Below, piece by piece: positions 58,692-64,000 of a DNA stretch of 64,000 nt. The translations under genes and the position numbers were made by a program. Position 1 is the first letter of the stretch. Every line of letters begins with the position of its first letter. The DNA comes from Dehalococcoidia bacterium (GTDB taxonomy: Bacteria; Chloroflexota; Dehalococcoidia; Plut-88900). Below the pieces are notes generated by a model. That model worked only from the letters and a program-made list of their open reading frames with translations, was not told the origin of the DNA and did not search any database. The stretch covers positions 320,001-384,000 of the forward strand of contig CBDBLV010000002.1 in the NCBI GenBank assembly GCA_965207225.1. Reading direction: 5' to 3'.

Positions 58692-60611
58692 ATGATCCCT
58701 GAAGCGGCAAGCTGGCTAATCCTCTTCCTGCCCCTTATCTCGTTCCTCCTGATCGTGTTCGTAGTGAGGCAGGTCTTCGGGTCCGCCACGATGCTCGCGG
58801 GCTACACGGCCGTTCTTGCCATTGGCGCATCCTTCGTACTGTCCATCTGGGCGCTGGCGTCGGTGATAGATGCGCCGGGGCACCTGCAGGACTACCCGAG
58901 CCACACCTGGCTGGACATCGGGCCGCTGGAGATCAGGGTCGGGATCCTGATGGACTCCCTGACGGCGATCATGCTGATCGTGGTGTCGGGGGTGAGCCTG
59001 ATGGTGCAGCTGTACTCGCTGGGGTACATGAAGCACGACGCCTCTGTGGCGCGGTTCTTCGCGTATATGTCGCTGTTCACCTTCTCGATGCTCGGGCTGG
59101 TGATGGCTGACAACCTGATACTGCTCTACGTCTTCTGGGAACTGGTCGGGTTGTCGTCCTACCTGCTCATCGGCTTCTGGCACGACAGGCCGACTGCCGC
59201 CGCCGCGGCAAAGAAGGCCTTTATCGTCACCCGCTTCGGAGACCTGGGATTCCTGATTGCGATCCTGGGGGTGTACTTCACGGTCGGGTCCCAGGGGTTC
59301 GATATCCAGTACCTGAACGAAGTGGCGGGTGTGGACGTTACGGGTATAGCTCTCACCCTGATTGCGCTGGGGATATTTGCAGGTGCGGTGGGGAAGTCGG
59401 GGCAGTTCCCACTACACACATGGCTCCCCGACGCCATGGAAGGCCCGACGCCCGTCAGCGCTCTCATACACGCCGCCACGATGGTAGCTGCAGGGGTGTT
59501 CCTGGTTGCCCGTATGTTCCCCGTATTCGAGGCTTCAACGGCAGCAATGAACACGGTGGCCTATGTCGGGGCAGGGACTGCTTTGTTTGCGGCTACGATG
59601 GGCCTGGTGATGACGGACATCAAACGGGTCCTGGCCTATTCCACGGTGAGCCAGCTGGGGTTCATGATGTTTGCATTGGGAGTCGGGGCTCCGGCGGCGG
59701 CGATGTTCCACCTGTTCACCCATGCCTTTTTCAAGGCTCTGCTGTTCCTGGGGGCGGGCAGCGTGAACCACGCCACGGGCACCTACGACATCCGGCGCAT
59801 GGGCGGGCTGGCGAAGTCGATGCCCTGGACCTTCGCCACTTTCACCATAGGAGGGCTGGCGATTGCGGGGATACCTCCGTTCTCGGGGTTCTGGAGCAAG
59901 GACGAGATCCTGGCAGCAGCATGGCACTACGAAAAAGGGGTGTACGTCCTCGGAATAATCGCGGCGTTCCTGACCTCCGTGTACATATTCCGGCTTATTT
60001 TCATCACGTTCCTGGGCAGTTACCGCGGTGGTGAAAAACCGCAGTACGGCGAACACGTACCGGACCATCCCCACGAGTCCCCTGCAATCATGGTGCTTCC
60101 GATGGTTATCCTGGCAGCCGGGGCCTTTGCCTCCGGGCTGGCTAACCTGCCGGAGTTCTCTTTCGTAGGGGTGCCGAAGAGCTGGATGTCGGACCTGCTC
60201 ACGGGCCACGGGGAGCCGTTCCCCACAGGGATTGCGGCTTCGTCCTCAATCATCGCTGCAGTGGGAATAGTAATAGCCTACGCCGTGTACGTGCGGGGCA
60301 TCGTGAAGCCCGAGGCGATAGCCAACGCCTTCAAACCCGTGCATCAACTGCTAGTGCGCAGGTACTACATGGACGACATCTACGAGACCGGCGTAGTTAA
60401 GAAGCTGGGAATGGGTATCGTGGCCCGTGGCGGGGACATTTTCGACCGGAACGTAGTCGACCGGATAGTGAACTGGGTCGGTGAAATCGGGAGGCAATTC
60501 GGGGGAGGAATCGCCAAGCTACAAACAGGGCAGGTGCAGGTCTACGGGGTCGGCATCTTCATAGGCCTGATCGTAATCATGGCCGTATTCTGGTTCGCCA
60601 CCGGGTTATAG
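58692..60611 (+). CDS. nuoL: NADH-quinone oxidoreductase subunit L
   Basis: GKSGQFPLHTWLPDAMEGPTPVSALIHAATMV. Confidence 0.96.
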   Translation: MIPEAASWLILFLPLISFLLIVFVVRQVFGSATMLAGYTAVLAIGASFVLSIWALASVIDAPGHLQDYPSHTWLDIGPLEIRVGILMDSLTAIMLIVVSGVSLMVQLYSLGYMKHDASVARFFAYMSLFTFSMLGLVMADNLILLYVFWELVGLSSYLLIGFWHDRPTAAAAAKKAFIVTRFGDLGFLIAILGVYFTVGSQGFDIQYLNEVAGVDVTGIALTLIALGIFAGAVGKSGQFPLHTWLPDAMEGPTPVSALIHAATMVAAGVFLVARMFPVFEASTAAMNTVAYVGAGTALFAATMGLVMTDIKRVLAYSTVSQLGFMMFALGVGAPAAAMFHLFTHAFFKALLFLGAGSVNHATGTYDIRRMGGLAKSMPWTFATFTIGGLAIAGIPPFSGFWSKDEILAAAWHYEKGVYVLGIIAAFLTSVYIFRLIFITFLGSYRGGEKPQYGEHVPDHPHESPAIMVLPMVILAAGAFASGLANLPEFSFVGVPKSWMSDLLTGHGEPFPTGIAASSSIIAAVGIVIAYAVYVRGIVKPEAIANAFKPVHQLLVRRYYMDDIYETGVVKKLGMGIVARGGDIFDRNVVDRIVNWVGEIGRQFGGGIAKLQTGQVQVYGVGIFIGLIVIMAVFWFATGL

Positions 60612-60615
60612 GAAT

Positions 60616-62088
60616 TTGTTCACGGGCATACTCAGCTTAATCGTCTTCCTTCCCCTGGCCGGGGTGCTGCTGATTTTACTGTTGCCTCGGGAGCAGGGGG
60701 GACGGAGCAGGCACATAGCGCTGGTCGTAACCCTGGCCACCCTCGCGCTGACCATTGCCACGGCCGTCCGCTTCGACACATCTATCAGCGAGCCGCAGTT
60801 CGTCGAGCAGTACCAATGGATCCCGTTCATCAACGTGGAATACTTCTTTGGCGTGGACGGGCTGTCCATGCCGATGGTCGTGCTCACGGCCCTGCTGACC
60901 GTAGCGGCCATATTCGCATCCTGGCGCATAACGCATCGGGTGAAGGAGTACTTCATCTGGATGCTGGTGCTGGAAACGGGAGTGATGGGGGTATTCACGT
61001 CGCTGGACCTGGTGCAGTTCTTCCTGTTCTGGGAAGTGGAACTGGTGCCGATGTATCTGCTCATCTCCATCTGGGGAAGCGGCAGGCGCGAGTACTCGGC
61101 GATGAAGTTCCTGATCTACACGGTGGGGGCGAGCGCCCTGATGCTGGTCGGGATCCTGGCGGTCGGGTTTGCGGCGGGTTCGTTCAACATGATAGAGCTG
61201 GCGGAGTCGGGGGCCGACTGGATACCGAACCTGTTTATCTCGGCGGAGCTGGTCTTCCTCCTGATTATGGCCGCGTTCGCCGTGAAGCTGCCCATCTGGC
61301 CCTTCCACACGTGGCTACCCGATGCCCACACGGACGCCCCGACCGCGGTATCCGTGATGCTGGCGGGCGTGCTGCTGAAGATGGGCGGCTACGGAATCCT
61401 GCGCATCTCCATAAGCCTATTCCCCGAAGTCACCGACAAGCTGGCGATATGGCTCGCGGCCCTGGGGGTGGTCAACATCCTCTACGGGGCCTTCGTAACG
61501 TTCCAGCAAAGCGACCTGAAACGGCTGGTCGCGTTCAGCAGCGTGAGCCACATGGGATTCGTGCTGCTGGGCATAGCCTCGCTGGGAGAAGTCGGGTTAA
61601 CGGGCGCGGCGTTGCAGATGTTCACCCACGGGACGATCACGGGCTTGCTCTTCTTCACGGTTGGCCTCGTCTACGACCGCGTGCACACCCGACACATCCC
61701 GGACCTCGGGGGGCTGGCGAACCGGATGCCGTTCATTGCTGCGGCGTTCCTCATTGGCGGGCTGGCATCCCTCGGGCTGCCGGCGACCTCGGGCTTCGTG
61801 GCGGAACTGACTATATTCCTGGGAGCCTTCGAAGAGTGGAGGGTGGCGACGGTGCTGGGGGTCATCGGGATCTTCCTGTCGGCGGGGTACATCCTGTGGA
61901 CCCTGCAACGCACCATGTACGGGACCCCGACGACCCGATTCCAGCACGTGGGAGATGCCGGGGTTGCAGACGTGGCCGGGGCGTCGCTGCTGATTGCCCC
62001 AATATTGATAGTCGGGGTCTACCCGTCTTTCATAACCGACATGCTAAGGGAAGGAGTAGCGCCGATCAGCGCCCTTTACGGCGGTTAG
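60616..62088 (+). CDS. nuoM: NADH-quinone oxidoreductase subunit M
   Basis: PFHTWLPDAHTDAPT, LLKMGGYG. Confidence 0.96.
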   Translation: MFTGILSLIVFLPLAGVLLILLLPREQGGRSRHIALVVTLATLALTIATAVRFDTSISEPQFVEQYQWIPFINVEYFFGVDGLSMPMVVLTALLTVAAIFASWRITHRVKEYFIWMLVLETGVMGVFTSLDLVQFFLFWEVELVPMYLLISIWGSGRREYSAMKFLIYTVGASALMLVGILAVGFAAGSFNMIELAESGADWIPNLFISAELVFLLIMAAFAVKLPIWPFHTWLPDAHTDAPTAVSVMLAGVLLKMGGYGILRISISLFPEVTDKLAIWLAALGVVNILYGAFVTFQQSDLKRLVAFSSVSHMGFVLLGIASLGEVGLTGAALQMFTHGTITGLLFFTVGLVYDRVHTRHIPDLGGLANRMPFIAAAFLIGGLASLGLPATSGFVAELTIFLGAFEEWRVATVLGVIGIFLSAGYILWTLQRTMYGTPTTRFQHVGDAGVADVAGASLLIAPILIVGVYPSFITDMLREGVAPISALYGG

Positions 62089-62103
62089 TCTGAGCAAAGG
62101 CTG

Positions 62104-63573
62104 ATGTATCCCGACGACCTATATTTGCTAATGCCCGAGCTGGTCCTGGGCGGTTCCGCGGGCATCATCATTCTCCTGGACCTTGTTCTGAGGAAGAAGG
62201 ATGTACTGGCGCCCTTAAGCCTGTTGGGGATAGGAGCGTCGGCGGCGTTAACGCTGGTGCTGTGGCTGAAGGTAGACGGGGTCGAGAACAATGCGCTGAC
62301 GGGATTCAACGGGTACCTGATAGTCGATCACTTCGCACTGTTCTTCAAGTTCCTGATTCTTGGCGCCACGGGGCTGGTTATAGTTGCCTCTCACAACGTG
62401 TCTGCAGCCATACGAGCTTTCCGCGCCGAGTATTTTGCCCTGTTGATGATGGCCTCGGGCGGGCTGATGCTGCTGGCTGCATCAACCGAACTGGTCTCAA
62501 TCTACGTGTCTCTGGAGCTCAGCGCACTGGCCACCGTGGCCCTGATAGCCCTCGCCAAGGACAACCGCTCCACCGAAGCATCGCTGAAGTTCCTGGTGCT
62601 GAGCGCCATAAGCTCGGGGATCATGCTGTTCGGGTTTGCACTGATACTCGGGCTCACGGGCAGCACCAAGCTGCTGGACATAGCGGCCCGGATCACCACC
62701 TTCAGCGAGCTCATAGAGCAACCTGCATTGCTCCTAGGCGTGATATTCATCGTAGCAGGATTCGGGTTCAAGATATCCTCAGTGCCGTTCCAGATGTGGG
62801 TGCCCGACGTCTACGAAGGGTCCCCGACACCGGTGGCGGCCTATCTGTCGGTGGCCAGCAAGGCGGCTGGGTTTGCCGTGCTTGTCCGGATATTCTTCCT
62901 GGCCTTCGGGTCGGTGACCGATGAGTGGGCCTTCCTTTTCGCAATCCTGGCTGCGGTCTCGATGTTCATCGGCAACCTCGTGGCGATTGCCCAGAACAAC
63001 ATAAAGAGGATGCTGGGATACAGCACCATCGCGCACGCGGGGTTCATCATGGTCGGGCTGGCAGCCGTGGGAAGGGAGGGCGAAGCTCTGGGGCCGGGGG
63101 TCGAGAGCCTGATTTTCTACCTGGTCGCATACGCCGCGACGAACCTCGCAGCGTTCTTTGGTGTGATTGCGATATCCGGGGCGATAAAGAGCGAGCTTAT
63201 CCGGGACTATGCGGGGCTGGGGCGTCGGAATCCGGTGCTGGCCCTCGGGATGGCCATATCCATGGTCTCGCTCATGGGGATCCCTCCCACTGCAGGATTC
63301 TGGGCCAAGCTGAACGTCTTCAGGGCCGCCATGGAGACCGACCTGGTCTGGCTGGCGATAGTCGGGATGATCAACAGCGTGATATCCGCCTACTTCTACC
63401 TGCGGGTGATAAAGGCGATGTACCTGTCACCCTACCCGAGGGAAGAGGCCGTGCAGACTAGCCTGCCAGTGAACGGAGCCATGGCCCTCTCGGTGCTGGG
63501 GGTGCTGTTCATGGGCGTCGTGCCCAACTACGTGATGGACCTGGTCGGGACGGCGGTTACCACGCTGGCTTGA
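62104..63573 (+). CDS. nuoN: NADH-quinone oxidoreductase subunit N
   Basis: FKISSVPFQMWVPDVYEGSPT, KRMLGYS. Confidence 0.96.
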   Translation: MYPDDLYLLMPELVLGGSAGIIILLDLVLRKKDVLAPLSLLGIGASAALTLVLWLKVDGVENNALTGFNGYLIVDHFALFFKFLILGATGLVIVASHNVSAAIRAFRAEYFALLMMASGGLMLLAASTELVSIYVSLELSALATVALIALAKDNRSTEASLKFLVLSAISSGIMLFGFALILGLTGSTKLLDIAARITTFSELIEQPALLLGVIFIVAGFGFKISSVPFQMWVPDVYEGSPTPVAAYLSVASKAAGFAVLVRIFFLAFGSVTDEWAFLFAILAAVSMFIGNLVAIAQNNIKRMLGYSTIAHAGFIMVGLAAVGREGEALGPGVESLIFYLVAYAATNLAAFFGVIAISGAIKSELIRDYAGLGRRNPVLALGMAISMVSLMGIPPTAGFWAKLNVFRAAMETDLVWLAIVGMINSVISAYFYLRVIKAMYLSPYPREEAVQTSLPVNGAMALSVLGVLFMGVVPNYVMDLVGTAVTTLA

Positions 63574-63609
63574 TGGCCCCGCTCTAATGGGGCCCAACGC
63601 CCCTGAACG

Positions 63610-64000
63610 CTATCGCTGGTATGTTATCCCGGCCCTGTAGGTCCGTAGACCTGTATGACGCGCCATGACATCAAAGTCGATGTCTCTATGAAGTATCGGG
63701 ATGTCCTCGCTAATAGCCACGGAGGCGATGAGGCAGTCGATTAGCTTTCGCACGGTTTCGCCCTGGCGGCGGCAGTGACGGTAGAGGGAAGCGGCTTCTT
63801 CATAGTGGGTCGGGCGGGTGGGAAGCAGGACGGCTCGAGCGAGGAGTCGACGCAGGTCGCGCAAGTGGAATTCGTTACGAGCCCCGGCCAGGACCTCCAT
63901 GCGGACAGCGTCGCAAGTAGCGATTTCGCCTGTCAGCAATTCGTCAACGAGGAGGCAGACCGGAGAGCCCGTATCCCGGAGAAACTCGACCCAGGCCGAG
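63610..64000 (-). CDS. PIN-domain (VapC-like) toxin, 5'-truncated by the window edge
   Basis: SAWVEFLR, EVLAGA, IDCLIA, HRDIDFD. Confidence 0.88.
   Translation of the reverse strand, partial: SAWVEFLRDTGSPVCLLVDELLTGEIATCDAVRMEVLAGARNEFHLRDLRRLLARAVLLPTRPTHYEEAASLYRHCRRQGETVRKLIDCLIASVAISEDIPILHRDIDFDVMARHTGLRTYRAGITYQR

Overview
GC-rich bacterial chromosome segment, most likely Chloroflexota/Dehalococcoidia (SAR202-like; inferred from several luciferase-like and F420-type oxidoreductases, paralogous amidohydrolases, an 11-subunit complex I and a large Calx-beta surface protein). It holds C-N catabolic clusters (amidohydrolases, tandem ureohydrolases, D-aminoacylase, Co-type nitrile hydratase, CocE/NonD hydrolase, LLMs), housekeeping genes (gltX, lspA, rluA-family, ltaE, rarA, selA, tRNA-Gln, tRNA-Glu, nuoABCDHIJKLMN), scattered lower-GC defence/TA cassettes (two orphan PD-(D/E)xK-like genes, a frameshifted fused R-M gene, HicB, DUF6883/DUF4926, VapC) and many palindromic repeats. 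The most striking unexplained feature is a ~750-nt ORF-poor minus-strand region (~4249-5010) with its own sigma70-like promoter, paired 5'/3' ends, nested long-range helices, G-U pairs and a GNRA loop that work only on the minus strand: a candidate large structured ncRNA. Its promoter and upstream repeat mosaic recur 43 kb away, in front of an odd ORF containing a 60-bp hairpin array with variable 7-nt loops. All calls were made by eye; no database searches were run.
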